The position numbers were made by a program, and so were the translations under genes. A DNA stretch of 64,000 bases from TPA_inf: Saccharomyces (Eukaryota): contig BK006941.2 of the NCBI GenBank assembly GCA_000146045.2, positions 448,001 to 512,000 on the forward strand, read 5' to 3'. Positions within the stretch are counted from its first letter, which is position 1; each line of letters begins with the position of its first letter. The notes beneath the pieces were generated by a model that saw only the letters and a list, made by a program, of their open reading frames with translations, was not told the DNA's origin and did no database searches. This document shows, piece by piece, positions 43,957-54,937 of this stretch.

Positions 43957-44473
43957 TGTCGTTTCTATTGTACTTCGCTATTTCTTTTTACTTTCTGCTC
44001 TTAGGGTTGAAAACTTAATTTTTCGAAGCTTCTTTTGCCGATTTCTAGATTATTCGCCCATCCTGACGCCTGTAATATGTCATGTTAAAAACATCACAAA
44101 AGTTAATAAGGTTAACTGAGCCTTATTCCCAAATCCTGACAAGGACAAATGCCATTTTTAATGTGCAAGAAAAAGGTTCCATCCAGTTTTCTAATAACTG
44201 GATGACGAAATTTTAACGGAACTTATTAACCGTCTCTTTTTATATTGTTACGTATTTTGTATGCTTGGTAGGTACGTTACCTTAGTACATAAGTGTTATC
44301 GTTAAAATCTTCTCACTGAAACAATTGAACTAATCAACCGACCTTGTTAGATGAGTGAGGTGTAAGTAGAACTATATGAACTACTGGGCATTCGCAACAA
44401 CACCATCAGATATACTAGTACACTTTTTTTTACAGAATTTTTGAGATGATATTACTACTATGAAAACCCTTTA

Positions 44474-46174
44474 CTAACGTATTTGATTAAATGCGTCAAA
44501 TATTAACGAATTTGGCTGTACCTTCGCTTTTGGTTTATCAAAAAGTTTCCAATATCGCAATGTTTCATCTCCAGCCCCAGAAACCACCGTGGTTCCATCA
44601 TTGGATAACGTTAAATGCAGAACCCTGAAACTATGACCTTTCAGAATTGCAATTGGATCCATAGAGTTACAGTCCCACAAGGTTAAGTTATATTTTGAGT
44701 AACCATGTGATGTCACAAGCTCGTTAGTATTCTTTGACCATACCATATTACATATTTGAGAGCCGCTATCTATATCACTCATCTTTATTGACGTATTAAC
44801 GTTCCAGATTTTTAGTCTTCTATCTGCTGTACCACCACCGGTAGCTAGCACACCTCGTTTATGAGGAGACCAGGCCATTGCCTTAACAGCAGCCTTATGT
44901 TCGTCAAACGTCAAGATTGGAGATTTCGACGTTCCTTCGTAAACATGGACGACGTTATCGTTACCACCTGAGGCAAGTTTGTTGTCCGCTACATTCCACT
45001 TTAGGCCACAGACTTCCTGAGTGTGCGATTCTATAGTTTCAAAAAAGGGATCTGGCATCCTAACATCCCTATGCAGTATTCGATGATCTCTACTCCCAGA
45101 CGTCAAAACATGATTATTCCAAGATAAACACGCTACTCTGTCAATATGTCCCGACAACGTCCTAATACATTTTCTTTTCATTACGTCATAAATTTCTACA
45201 AGTCCATTTGCTTGACCTACTGCCAGATGAGAGCCTGCTCCAATCCAGCTTAAGCTTGTGTATTCGTTTTCCGTGTCGCATAAGTGAACAACGTCGCCAG
45301 TGTTATTATCGGTTAAAAAAATCGATTTTCCAAGAGCAACTGCCAAAACATCAGTACTTGACCAATCTATCAAGCTGTAGTAAAAATCGTCTGCTAATGA
45401 TGGGGCATCTAAAACTCTATAGGGAACTTTAGCTATTTGTCTAAATTGCTTCCCCGGTGATAATAGGAGCTGTTTGGAATCCGGCCTAACTGGCGACATG
45501 GAATCAAAAAATTGAGATTGTAACAAAGAGGCCGCAGATAGTCTTCTACCTTTACGTTGTTGATAAGTCAACAGGCTGGCGCCCCTAACTGAGTTGCTTG
45601 AGGGTCTCGTGATTTCATCTTGCTGTGATGTAAAAAGACGTCGAGGAGTGACTGGCGTGGAATGTGGCGAAAATTCCTCTAAACCAGCAGCTTCAGGAGG
45701 TGGAGTTGATACTCGTTCCAGTTCATAACCATGTCTAGTTGTATTTTCTGCGTGCACATTGCCTCTAGTAGATGGTCTCGTATTCTTAATGCGATCTATA
45801 CTGCTCTCTGAGCCTACCGTATCCTTGCTTAGCATCTCGCCAAAAAGCTCATTCTTCAGCAAAGTATTATAAGTTTCATGTGCCTGTCTTTCCTTTTGGT
45901 ATTCTACTTGATCTTCCGTACTCGATGGATTAAGGGCTGGAACGCTTGCCATACTACTGATGGAAACGATGGAATTGAAATCTATATCTGTTCGGGAAGG
46001 AATATACCTATCACCATATACTGTAGACGGCCTCGATCGCCTGGAGGGAGATGATAATAGTGAGGCGGACGAAGAACTAGATATTGGCCTTTTCGATACC
46101 CTCTTACTTTCAGAACCCTTGAGTGGGGAGGAGGAAGGCGTATTATTCATGAATGGGTTCAGGTTTGTGGACAT
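44474..46174 (-). CDS. CDH1: APC/C activator Cdh1/Hct1 (566 aa, starting MSTNLNPFMNN...).
   Basis: A C-box-like N-terminus (DRYIPSR), a seven-bladed WD40 domain, and a C-terminal IR tail (...FNQIR). Confidence 0.9.
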   Translation of the reverse strand: MSTNLNPFMNNTPSSSPLKGSESKRVSKRPISSSSSASLLSSPSRRSRPSTVYGDRYIPSRTDIDFNSIVSISSMASVPALNPSSTEDQVEYQKERQAHETYNTLLKNELFGEMLSKDTVGSESSIDRIKNTRPSTRGNVHAENTTRHGYELERVSTPPPEAAGLEEFSPHSTPVTPRRLFTSQQDEITRPSSNSVRGASLLTYQQRKGRRLSAASLLQSQFFDSMSPVRPDSKQLLLSPGKQFRQIAKVPYRVLDAPSLADDFYYSLIDWSSTDVLAVALGKSIFLTDNNTGDVVHLCDTENEYTSLSWIGAGSHLAVGQANGLVEIYDVMKRKCIRTLSGHIDRVACLSWNNHVLTSGSRDHRILHRDVRMPDPFFETIESHTQEVCGLKWNVADNKLASGGNDNVVHVYEGTSKSPILTFDEHKAAVKAMAWSPHKRGVLATGGGTADRRLKIWNVNTSIKMSDIDSGSQICNMVWSKNTNELVTSHGYSKYNLTLWDCNSMDPIAILKGHSFRVLHLTLSNDGTTVVSGAGDETLRYWKLFDKPKAKVQPNSLIFDAFNQIR

Positions 46175-46516
46175 GCAACTAAATTTAGGATGAAGACTAG
46201 AAGGAAGGGTGACAAAAATCGGAGTTAGAGGATGAACCAAGTTTGAGATGGCCAAGTCTAAGGTATTGTAAATCCATGAGGTTCTTCTTCATCGCAATAT
46301 TAATGCTAGAAGCGGTGCAAAAAACCATTTTGTGTGGGATAAAAAAACGTCGTGGAATTAGAAACTCGTTCTTCGGGTAAGAAACCAATATCGACACAAC
46401 AAGATATGGGGTGTATAGTTAAAATCTCTACTGATAGACTTTATTGGTGAGGTTGTGAACAGATTGTTGGCGCTTTCTTCCTTATCGCCTCAATCTGAAA
46501 GGATCTAGATTTGCCA

Positions 46517-47167
46517 ATGTTATCACACTACATCTTCCTGGCATTCGTTTTATTGCCATTCAGAGTTTCCGCGTTTTACTTCTATGGTTATGGTGGAGAC
46601 AGAAAATGCTTCCTGAAGGAACTATCCAAAGACACCCTTTTAAAAGGTTCTTACAATTTGGAAGTTTACGATGATAAGTTGGCAGATTATGCGCTTCCCA
46701 GTTATAATGACTATGGCATTGTCATAGATGTGGAAGAAGTCTTTGATAATAATCATAGGGTAGTCCACCAACAGGGCTCTCCTTCCGGTGACTTCAGCTT
46801 TCTAGCTTTGGAATCTGGAGAATATAAGATCTGTTTACAGTCTAGGGTAAATAACTGGGTAGGGAAAACCAAAACAAAGTTAGAAATCGAATTTGAAGTC
46901 GGTTTTGAAGCAATGTTGGACATGCAAAGAAAAGAAACCTTGGAAAGTTTGCACGGAAAAGTCAGTATATTGAATTCTAAGATCGTGGATATCAGGAGAG
47001 AGCAACAACTGATGAGAGAACGTGAAGAATCCTTTAGAGACATATCAGAGTCTGTGAATTCTCGCGCAATGTGGTGGACGGTAACTCAAGTTACTCTTCT
47101 CATTATAATTTGTGTATGGCAAATGAAAAGTTTACGCTCGTTTTTTGTTAAGCAGAAAGTATTATGA
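46517..47167 (+). CDS. ERP6: p24-family cargo receptor (216 aa, starting MLSHYIF...).
   Basis: Signal peptide, GOLD domain, coiled coil, C-terminal transmembrane segment and a short cytosolic tail ([13 protein letters not shown]). Confidence 0.8.
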
Positions 47168-47452
47168 CCGTACATATCAAAAAATTGAATCCTTAGCAGG
47201 CATACATGAGAATTTCGTTGTTTCAATGATTTATTTCTATTTATTTACATGCATTACCCCGACGCTTCATAGTGTAGTCATTAAATGAGTGTATACATAT
47301 ATATACTAACCTAGTCATCAAGATGTTTTAGGTGTTTCAATTCTTATTATTCATCTATAAAGACAGAATAAATATATACGGTGCGTATCAGATATGCTAT
47401 TTCAACATACTATCTTTCGATAATCGGATCAAAAAGCTCCTAACGATTGCCA

Positions 47453-48502
47453 TTACAAACCTTCGTCCATCCAGGCCAACGTTTTGTTAATTCCTTCTTC
47501 AATACCAACTCTTGGTGTGTAGCCTAGCAACTTTTTGGCCTTAGCAATGTTGTGATAACGGTATGCACACACAATCTTGACTCTGAATGGAGTCAAACCT
47601 GGCTCTTTACCCAGCATCTTGGATACCCATTCTGAAAGATAACCTGCACAAATTGCAACTGGCCTTTTCAAAACAATAACATGTTTATCAATATGACCAT
47701 CTGCCTTCCACACAGTACGGGCCAAGGCCCAAAAATAGGTGGGGGTATCATTGGTAATGAAAAAAGTTTCACCCGAGACAGCAGTTCTTGTTTTTGGATC
47801 GAGAAGTTTCTGTGCAGCTAACACATGCGCGTCAGCAACATTTCCAGCATAAGTCCAATCAAATAGATTGTTATTATCACCAATTTGGAACTTCGACTGC
47901 CCCAATTTCGCAACCTGTCTTAGACCAGGTACTAATTGCCTATCACCTGGGCCAAAAATACCAGCTGGACGAAGAGCAACAGTATAGAAATCACTGCTTG
48001 GATCATTCGCCTTCAAGACCATATCTTCGGCGATAGCTTTAGTCTCATTGTACGCATCCATAGGAACTTCTGGGATTGGCCAGGTTTCGTCTGCATTGTG
48101 CACATCTTGCCCATTAAAAATAACACCAGCAGAGGAAGTATATACAAGTATATTAACGCCACATTTCTTGCACATATCTATCACGTTACGGGTTCCCTTA
48201 ACATTCACTATGTCATAAATATCTGGATTTTGACCATGCATTGGAGAAGCACAATGAACAACAACATTTGCTTTACTTTCGTTAATTGCGTTTTCCATAT
48301 CATCAGGTGATGTTAAATCACCCTTATGAAATTTTATGTCGTCTACATTAAAAGTAAACTGTTTTGAAAGTTTTTCAGGGAGATCTCTAACATCAAAAAT
48401 GTGGATGTCTGGCTTAGGATTAATATCAAAAAATTGCTGAATTAAGTGCAATCCAAGAAAACCAGAACCACCGATAATTAAAACTGAATCTATCTTTGAC
48501 AT
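47453..48502 (-). CDS. ERG26: C-3 sterol dehydrogenase / C-4 decarboxylase (349 aa, starting MSKIDSVLIIGG...).
   Basis: 3-beta-HSD family, with a Rossmann GGSGFLG motif and the YxxxK catalytic pair. Confidence 0.9.
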   Translation of the reverse strand: MSKIDSVLIIGGSGFLGLHLIQQFFDINPKPDIHIFDVRDLPEKLSKQFTFNVDDIKFHKGDLTSPDDMENAINESKANVVVHCASPMHGQNPDIYDIVNVKGTRNVIDMCKKCGVNILVYTSSAGVIFNGQDVHNADETWPIPEVPMDAYNETKAIAEDMVLKANDPSSDFYTVALRPAGIFGPGDRQLVPGLRQVAKLGQSKFQIGDNNNLFDWTYAGNVADAHVLAAQKLLDPKTRTAVSGETFFITNDTPTYFWALARTVWKADGHIDKHVIVLKRPVAICAGYLSEWVSKMLGKEPGLTPFRVKIVCAYRYHNIAKAKKLLGYTPRVGIEEGINKTLAWMDEGL

Positions 48503-48917
48503 ATTTATTTTTGTTTGCCCTTCCAGGTAGAGTTGCAAATAAAATTGGACAAAATTGACAATCTATATTGTTGTCTATTCTATTTTATAGCTGCAGCATA
48601 ATCTTTTCCTTGCAGGCTTATATGAGATTTTTAAACGATACCATTTCTCGAGAGAACAATAAACGATCTATAGGGACTATCGGACCGAGAAATATAAAAT
48701 CCACAAACACCGACAATAAAATAGCCTCTAAAAAAAAAAAAAGGTCCTGGAGAAAGCAATATTCATACCGCATTAACTTTCATTGAACCGAAGATCTACA
48801 AATATCCTTTCCTTGCATTATAATTATCCAATACTTTGTCGTCAATATTCTTTCAAAGAAAGAAAAAATATGAAATCAAAATTAAACATTTTTCTGTAAT
48901 TTCCGTAATACAAAAAA

Positions 48918-49038
48918 CTATTTTCTTTTCGGAAGGCAAAAACAAAAATTATAATAAAAATAAAAATATGTATAATATAATTTTTATCTTCTAACTTTTT
49001 ATTTATTGAATTTTTATATAGTAAATATAACACGTGAT
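48918..49038 (-). other. CEN7: Point centromere CEN7 (CDEI-CDEII-CDEIII).
   Basis: CDEI, ATCACGTG, lies on the minus strand at about 49031-49038. CDEII is an approximately 85 bp stretch that is over 90% A+T. On the minus strand the CDEIII core reads TGTTTTTGCCTTCCGAAAAGAAAA (+ strand 48918-48945, with the CCG/TTCCGAA core at 48927-48934). The element sits between ERG26 and YGR001C, as expected for CEN7. Confidence 0.85.
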
Positions 49039-49132
49039 ATATTTGAAATGTGATTATATTATATATATTGATGTTTACATATTTTTTATGTAGTACAATT
49101 AATTTTCAAATTTATCGAAGCTCTTAAAAAGC

Positions 49133-49365
49133 TCAAGAAGCAAATTTCCATGAACTACATTCAAAATTTGCGTAGCACCTAAATTCGTTACTCAAACCAT
49201 TAGAATGTTCAGGAAGAAAAGTTGTTATTCTTGTGTCAGAATAAACTTTGGATATGACTTCAGACATTCTTTCACCAGTACAACTTATGAGGCGGTGCTT
49301 AAAAACTCCTTTCTTAGTTTTAGAGTTGTCATTTGGCGCTAATAAACACTTTGCAGTGATAGAGG
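49133..49365 (-). CDS. EFM5: EFM5/YGR001C exon 3 (eEF1A lysine methyltransferase). Intron 2 is 49366-49458.
   Basis: Intron 2 has a GTATGT 5' splice site at 49458-49453 (minus), a TACTAAC branch point, and an AG at 49367-49366. The reading frame joins ...DCQTK to SSITAKCLLAPN... The three exons sum to 747 nt, which gives 248 aa. Confidence 0.75.
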
Positions 49366-49458
49366 CTATTTTATATCAATGAATAACAGTTAGTAAGATG
49401 AAAAGATACTGGAAAAAAGATTAAAAAATGAGTAGGGATATGTTTATGATATACATAC

Positions 49459-49937
49459 ACTTTGTTTGACAATCTTCATTTAAAAAAGGTGGGTCAATTA
49501 ACAATCTATCAACTTTTCCTTTAATTTCATCACTGAAGTCCAGTGGTTTATTGTAATCATAAAAAAAGAAATGATCTCTTCCAGCTAACAACTCGAATCT
49601 CTTATCAAATTCGAACAAGTAGATATGTTCGGTTGGAATTTCATTAGTAGGTTTCTTTTGAATGGCAGCATAGACGGATGGCGCACTAACTATTGCAATT
49701 ACAGTGTTTTCGTCCGCACCTTCCAATATGGCATCTGCTAAAATTGCGGCTGTGTCATCGCTGTACCAAAACTGGGAAAGCTGCCAATCTTCCTTGAAAA
49801 GCTTCATCCCTTCTTCTTTTTTTTTCTTTTGGAAGTCTTCATCCGTTTCGTCGTAAAGCTTTTGAAAGGCTTCTTGATGTTGTTGTTCCTCTCTTTTGAA
49901 TTCTTCAAGGGCAGCGAGGGCATTAGCAGAAAGTGTC
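49459..49937 (-). CDS. EFM5: EFM5/YGR001C exon 2. Intron 1 is 49938-49999.
   Basis: The track ORF MKLFKEDWQLSQFWYSDD... is the in-frame core of this exon (N6-adenine MTase-like DPPF motif). Upstream in frame the exon reads TLSANALAALEEFKREEQQHQEAFQKLYDETDEDFQKKKKEEG. Confidence 0.8.
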
Positions 49938-49999
49938 CTATTAAGTTTCGTGTTAGTTAGTAATTCTACGTTACTGTGTTGAAAATATCCTGTACTTAC

Positions 50000-50034
50000 A
50001 ATTCATAATCGGAGTCGGAGTCGGAGTCGGACAT
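50000..50034 (-). CDS. EFM5: EFM5/YGR001C exon 1 (MSDSDSDSDYEL).
   Basis: ATG at 50034-50032 on the minus strand. A GTAAGT 5' splice site follows immediately after GAATT (49999-49994), then a TACTAAC branch point and AATAG|G at 49940-49938. Confidence 0.75.
50011..50030. repeat. (GGAGTC)3 hexanucleotide repeat encoding SDSDSDSD at the EFM5 N-terminus.
   Basis: ggagtcggagtcggagtcgg. Confidence 0.85.
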
Positions 50035-50475
50035 TTTATCAGTGATTCTTTCGGTTTCATTAAGATGTAAAGTGACTGATTAGTATATTAGTCAAGATTA
50101 ATATTTTTTTTTTTAGTTCCTCCAGTTCAAAAAAATTTTGTTAGATTTAACCGGCATAAGGTTCAGCGATACAGACGAAAAAAGAAGCCTCTAAATGAAT
50201 GGGAAATTATATATACATGTATATTATGCAGTTGATATTCTATGAGATGACAATACTAAACTATATACCTATATACATTGCCCATCTTGGATTTTGCTGC
50301 CTTACAGATGACAATATAAGTTATTTAGAGATTGAGGGTTACTAGTGCATAATATTTGCGTGATTTCCGAAAGTACCTCTGAAGGTCCCATGTTGTACAC
50401 CAAATATTATAAAACAGTCTATTTTACGCAAAAATTTTAATCACATACGTGCTAGCAAAAAGCATTTTCTGATGT

Positions 50476-51906
50476 TCACTTGGTGATTGACATACCAGCT
50501 TCGTATTTGTCAACGTGTTTTTTTAAATCGATAAGCGTATTGATTTTTTTCAAAAGCTCCTCTTGTCTTTCCATTACATCAAATGAGGGCATCACAGGGC
50601 GAGAAGGTAACGATAATTCTTGAAGAATGGCGAGAATTTTGTTCTGCAGCGCAGGTTTGAAGGTCGATAATTTTGTAGATCTTAAGTATACACCCGGCGA
50701 TAGCTTCTCACCATGCGTAATCACACCTAAAGCCTTCCTTTCATCTGAATTGAAATCTTTCAGCAATTGTTCTGCATATGCGCTTTCTGACTTTCTTTTG
50801 AGCGCCGTTTGCATTTCCTGTCTTTGTCTTTTGGTTTTCTTGGGGGAGAGATTTTCCTTGACTTCTGACTTTTTTACATTCAGTTGTTGAAGTTGCCTAT
50901 GTTGGGCAAACTGCTGTTGCTGCTTCATCCAAGGATTTTCAGGGATGTTCAAATCGTGCTTCCGCTTTCTAGTTTTATCTGCTAGAAGCGCGTTATATAA
51001 CTGAGACATTCCCTGAGAGGTAAGGTATTGTGTAATTGTCTGATCTGAATGTGGCGAGTCCAACAGTCGGAGTAATGATTCTCTTTCTGCAAGTGTTCTC
51101 TTGGCAGCCATTTCAAATTTTTTGGACTCTACTACGAGTGCCTCTTCTTCAGCAATTTCTGCTGCAGAACGAGAAAGAAGACGCTGTAAATACTTTTTTC
51201 TCTCTATCTCCTTTTCAGCTGAAAAATTCAAAGAAGATAAAAGCGGATTGCTAGGATCACTTGCTTTAAAATAATTCCTACAGGTGTAATAAAATTTTTC
51301 TTTGAGATCTTCAAGTGTTCTTGAATTATTATAACTGTATCTGTCAAAGATCAGGAACCAACGTAAATCGTATTTTTTGCAGAGATTGAACAGGTATTCT
51401 ATTTCTTCAAAAGACCAGCTATTTTTACTTTCATCCTTCTTTTCATTAGTAAAGTTTTCGTTATGGTTTTTTTCACTTTCTACGCTTTTTTGAGTTCCTT
51501 CGTTTTCATTCATAAAAGCCTCGTACTCCTCCTTGGTGAATGATGGAATAGATAAATGCTGATTGAACTTAGAATATGGCGATTCTTTTGGTGTGTCTCC
51601 TATTAATTCTTTGGAACCCTTGACCCAATGACGCAGAGTCACAGAGTTATTAGCTTTGAACTCTACAAATGACCAAGGAGATGGCTTGGACGTCGAAAGC
51701 ATTTTTTCTTTAAAGTTATTTCCAGACTTAATAACAACGGGGGGTTGGTTCTCTCCTAGCAGGTTAAATAGTTCTCTTTGCATGCCCGTCACTTGAGGCT
51801 TGGGCCGGTTGGCTGCCGAGGACGAAGGCACTGATACCTGGCCATTAGTTGGACTTCTGGATTTTTGCTTAATGTTTAGTACATCAAAGATGTCTGATGA
51901 TGACAT
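50476..51906 (-). CDS. SWC4: SANT/Myb-domain subunit shared by the NuA4 and SWR1 complexes (476 aa).
   Basis: DMAP1-like SANT domain (WSFEEIEYLFNLCKKYDLRWFLIFDRY). Confidence 0.85.
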   Translation of the reverse strand: MSSSDIFDVLNIKQKSRSPTNGQVSVPSSSAANRPKPQVTGMQRELFNLLGENQPPVVIKSGNNFKEKMLSTSKPSPWSFVEFKANNSVTLRHWVKGSKELIGDTPKESPYSKFNQHLSIPSFTKEEYEAFMNENEGTQKSVESEKNHNENFTNEKKDESKNSWSFEEIEYLFNLCKKYDLRWFLIFDRYSYNNSRTLEDLKEKFYYTCRNYFKASDPSNPLLSSLNFSAEKEIERKKYLQRLLSRSAAEIAEEEALVVESKKFEMAAKRTLAERESLLRLLDSPHSDQTITQYLTSQGMSQLYNALLADKTRKRKHDLNIPENPWMKQQQQFAQHRQLQQLNVKKSEVKENLSPKKTKRQRQEMQTALKRKSESAYAEQLLKDFNSDERKALGVITHGEKLSPGVYLRSTKLSTFKPALQNKILAILQELSLPSRPVMPSFDVMERQEELLKKINTLIDLKKHVDKYEAGMSITK

Positions 51907-52131
51907 ATTACCTGTGGTTTTTTTACTAAATTTTCGTATTATCGGAGAAATATGTTATGAATGCTTGTTGCTATTAAAATACAAAGTGGATTCTTGATTT
52001 ATCACTAAATAGCTACCCGGAGTTGGCGCATCGCAACTTCATTAAATAAGTTCGAGTGTGCGTATTCTAATCTGATTCATATAAAGTATACTCTAAACGG
52101 GCTAACTCAAATCTGAAATTAGGGCTACTAT

Positions 52132-54366
52132 ATGATAACTAATAAGAAAATAAAGATAAGTGTCCCAGAAAAACTCGGTTTGTCAGAAGAATCTTTTGAG
52201 GAATCCTGGGAAACAGTTAAATATGCCATTGATCATATATACAGCGATGACATGGCCGACCTTTCCTTCGAACAAGTGTACAAGACCATTTATACTATCG
52301 TTTTAAATAAAAAGGGGCCAATACTTTATAACAGATTGAAAGATTATTTAATCCAAAAATTAGCGCTTTTGAGGGAAACGATAGTCAAGGACAATACTCA
52401 TGATTATGAGTTTCTTGGAACTATGGCACGGTTATGGGAGGTGCAATGCCATTGTTTTAAAATAACGGGAGACTTAATGATGTATATGGACAAAGTTTAT
52501 TGCAAACCAAATAGATGCATGGAGGTATACGACATGTGCCTCGATCTTTTCCGAATCGAAATATTGCAAAAATGCTCATCTTCTCTCATCTCAGCACTGA
52601 TATCTGATATAGAAAGGATTCGTAATTTAGGATCTGTCGACTCCGAACATACTAGTTTGTGGAAAGTACTAATAGGAATGATGGAGACATTACATGACAA
52701 TAGAGATAGTTTTTTCTTAACCGATTTTGAGCCGGTTTTGATTAGCGCGACAGAAGAATACTACAATAAAGCTATTGATATTGAATTATTAACGCCAATT
52801 GAGAGCCTGGAAAAGATTAGGAAGTTAAGGCAGTTTGAAAGTATGCTAGACTCCTCTTTTCTAAATGTGGATTCTCATAATAAGTTGAAGACTGTATTAG
52901 AAAATGTCCTTATATGGGGAAAGTTGAGTGATATTATTGAAGATCTAACGCACGAAGCAATGGTAATTTCAAATGGAAAGCTACTCCAAGAAATTTATGA
53001 CTTGTCAAGCGAGGAAAAATATCGCGTTACTGTCATTGAATCTATTAAATCTTACATCAATAAAAATGCCATAAATATTCCTTTTAATGAAGGTAACCGC
53101 AAAAAAGGGCAGAATGCGATTACTTGGTCTTCGGAAATTGTAGAGCTATATCGCAGTCAACACTCGTTTTTGGAAAGTATTGATTTTGGTTCTGTTCGTC
53201 TTAATAATTTGACCGGGGATGTATCTAATGCAATACTTGGCGATGTTTTCTCAATGTATTTCTCTAAAGAAGGAGCATTACCATCTGAGTATCTTTCTAC
53301 CTACGTGGACCATTGTATGAAACGAACCAAGGAAAAAGATGCTGAAATAGTGAAGATCAAGCAAGATTTGCTTGATAGTACCAAATTAATCGGACTCCTA
53401 ACTGAGAAGGATATATTTGAAAAGATTTACAAAAAACAACTCTCCAGAAGATTACTGCAGCAGAGGTCTTTAGTGGAAATTGAAAAATGGATGGTGCAAA
53501 TGATAAAGAAGGTTCTAGGAACTTTTTTTACCTCAAAATTGGAGATAATGCTGCGAGATATATCTTTATCCTCTGAAATGTATCAAGCATTCCAACACTC
53601 AACAATCAACAGCATAGAATATTTGAGTTTTGCACCACAAGTTTTGACGAGAACGAGCTGGCCCTTTCAGAGTACTAATCCAATTGATGAAGGTATTTCA
53701 CTACCTCCTAGAATGTCACAAATTTTAGCTGGCTTTGAGGGCTATTACAGCTTAAAATACAAAGAAAGAGTGCTAAAGTGGGCTCATCATCTAAGTGTAA
53801 TTGAAATTGGCTGCCAATTTAATAGCGGTTACTACGAAATAAGTTTTTCTGTTTACGCTGGAGTGATTTTCCTTCTATTTGAAGATTATGAAGAATTAAC
53901 GTTGGGGGAAATATATGAACTAACTCATATTCCCATAGATGACGTTAAGTCTCTTGTAATGTCAATGTCGACAATACCCAGATGTAAGATTTTGAAAAAA
54001 TCATCCAGTTCAGGAAATATGAAATTTTCAGTTAATTATTTCTTTTCTTCTCCAAACAGGAAAGTGAAAGTGCCGGTTATTGCATGCCCTCTACCATCTC
54101 AGAAATCAGATAATTTGGCAACCGCAAGTTCCGTGGACACTTATGATAATGAAATTGTTATGGAGCTTAGTGCTATTATTGTTCGTATCATGAAAACAGA
54201 AGGTAAGCTAAGCCATCAGCAATTACTTGAAAGAACTACGAAACGGACACAGTCTCGGCTCAGTCTTACACCGAGCATTTTGAAACGAAGCATTCAGCTT
54301 TTAATAGAGAAAGAATACATCCAGAGAAACGCAGATGACCCCTCTTATTACCATTACCTTTCCTAA
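52132..54366 (+). CDS. CUL3: Cullin 3 (744 aa).
   Basis: Cullin repeat and cullin homology domain, with a C-terminal neddylation winged-helix (IVRIMK) motif. Confidence 0.9.
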   Translation: MITNKKIKISVPEKLGLSEESFEESWETVKYAIDHIYSDDMADLSFEQVYKTIYTIVLNKKGPILYNRLKDYLIQKLALLRETIVKDNTHDYEFLGTMARLWEVQCHCFKITGDLMMYMDKVYCKPNRCMEVYDMCLDLFRIEILQKCSSSLISALISDIERIRNLGSVDSEHTSLWKVLIGMMETLHDNRDSFFLTDFEPVLISATEEYYNKAIDIELLTPIESLEKIRKLRQFESMLDSSFLNVDSHNKLKTVLENVLIWGKLSDIIEDLTHEAMVISNGKLLQEIYDLSSEEKYRVTVIESIKSYINKNAINIPFNEGNRKKGQNAITWSSEIVELYRSQHSFLESIDFGSVRLNNLTGDVSNAILGDVFSMYFSKEGALPSEYLSTYVDHCMKRTKEKDAEIVKIKQDLLDSTKLIGLLTEKDIFEKIYKKQLSRRLLQQRSLVEIEKWMVQMIKKVLGTFFTSKLEIMLRDISLSSEMYQAFQHSTINSIEYLSFAPQVLTRTSWPFQSTNPIDEGISLPPRMSQILAGFEGYYSLKYKERVLKWAHHLSVIEIGCQFNSGYYEISFSVYAGVIFLLFEDYEELTLGEIYELTHIPIDDVKSLVMSMSTIPRCKILKKSSSSGNMKFSVNYFFSSPNRKVKVPVIACPLPSQKSDNLATASSVDTYDNEIVMELSAIIVRIMKTEGKLSHQQLLERTTKRTQSRLSLTPSILKRSIQLLIEKEYIQRNADDPSYYHYLS

Positions 54367-54764
54367 TTGCTTATAATGAAAATCACAGGTATAAGGTTTG
54401 CAGAATGCCAACAGTATATATAGATGGCAGTTCCTATCCGGCTGCCAGAGCGAACAATATTAAGAGGATATGCGTCGATACTAATTGAATGTTCATCCTG
54501 CATTCCTTAGTGAAACTTTCAAAATATATAATAACATAGTTATGGTAGACTATATATCCCAGTCAAACTTGAATGTAATGTGGAGTGGGTAATCGATATC
54601 TCTTGAAGTTTATTATGCCTCATTATATTTTTATAAAAAACTTCTAGGAATTTGTTGAGTCAAATAATTTCTTTCTTAATCATTAAGTAAGTTAAAGTTA
54701 CGAGCCTTTCAGACCTGCGTAGCACTGCTTCAAAGGAACTATTATCAATAGCAGCGCCTTGCTC

Positions 54765-54776
54765 TTTTTTTTTTTT
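54765..54776 (+). promoter_or_regulatory. Poly(dT) tract (T12) in the PEX31 promoter, likely a nucleosome-excluding element.
   Basis: Homopolymer run about 165 bp upstream of the PEX31 ATG. Confidence 0.4.
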
Positions 54777-54937
54777 CAGATGCTTAGCGGCCGTATTTCA
54801 CTTTTCCTGGTAGAAAAATATATGTTGAAATTTACGGTATAAGAGAAGCTCACCAAAATTATTATCAATAAAGCGGCACTTTTAAATTTGGTATTCTTCC
54901 CTGGTTGTCAAGCCTTGGTTTCCCTTTATTTGATAGT

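Noticed and set aside
48560-48790. 72-aa ORF between ERG26 and CEN7.
   Set aside because: It lies in pericentromeric AT-rich DNA that is really the ERG26 promoter. It has no conserved features.
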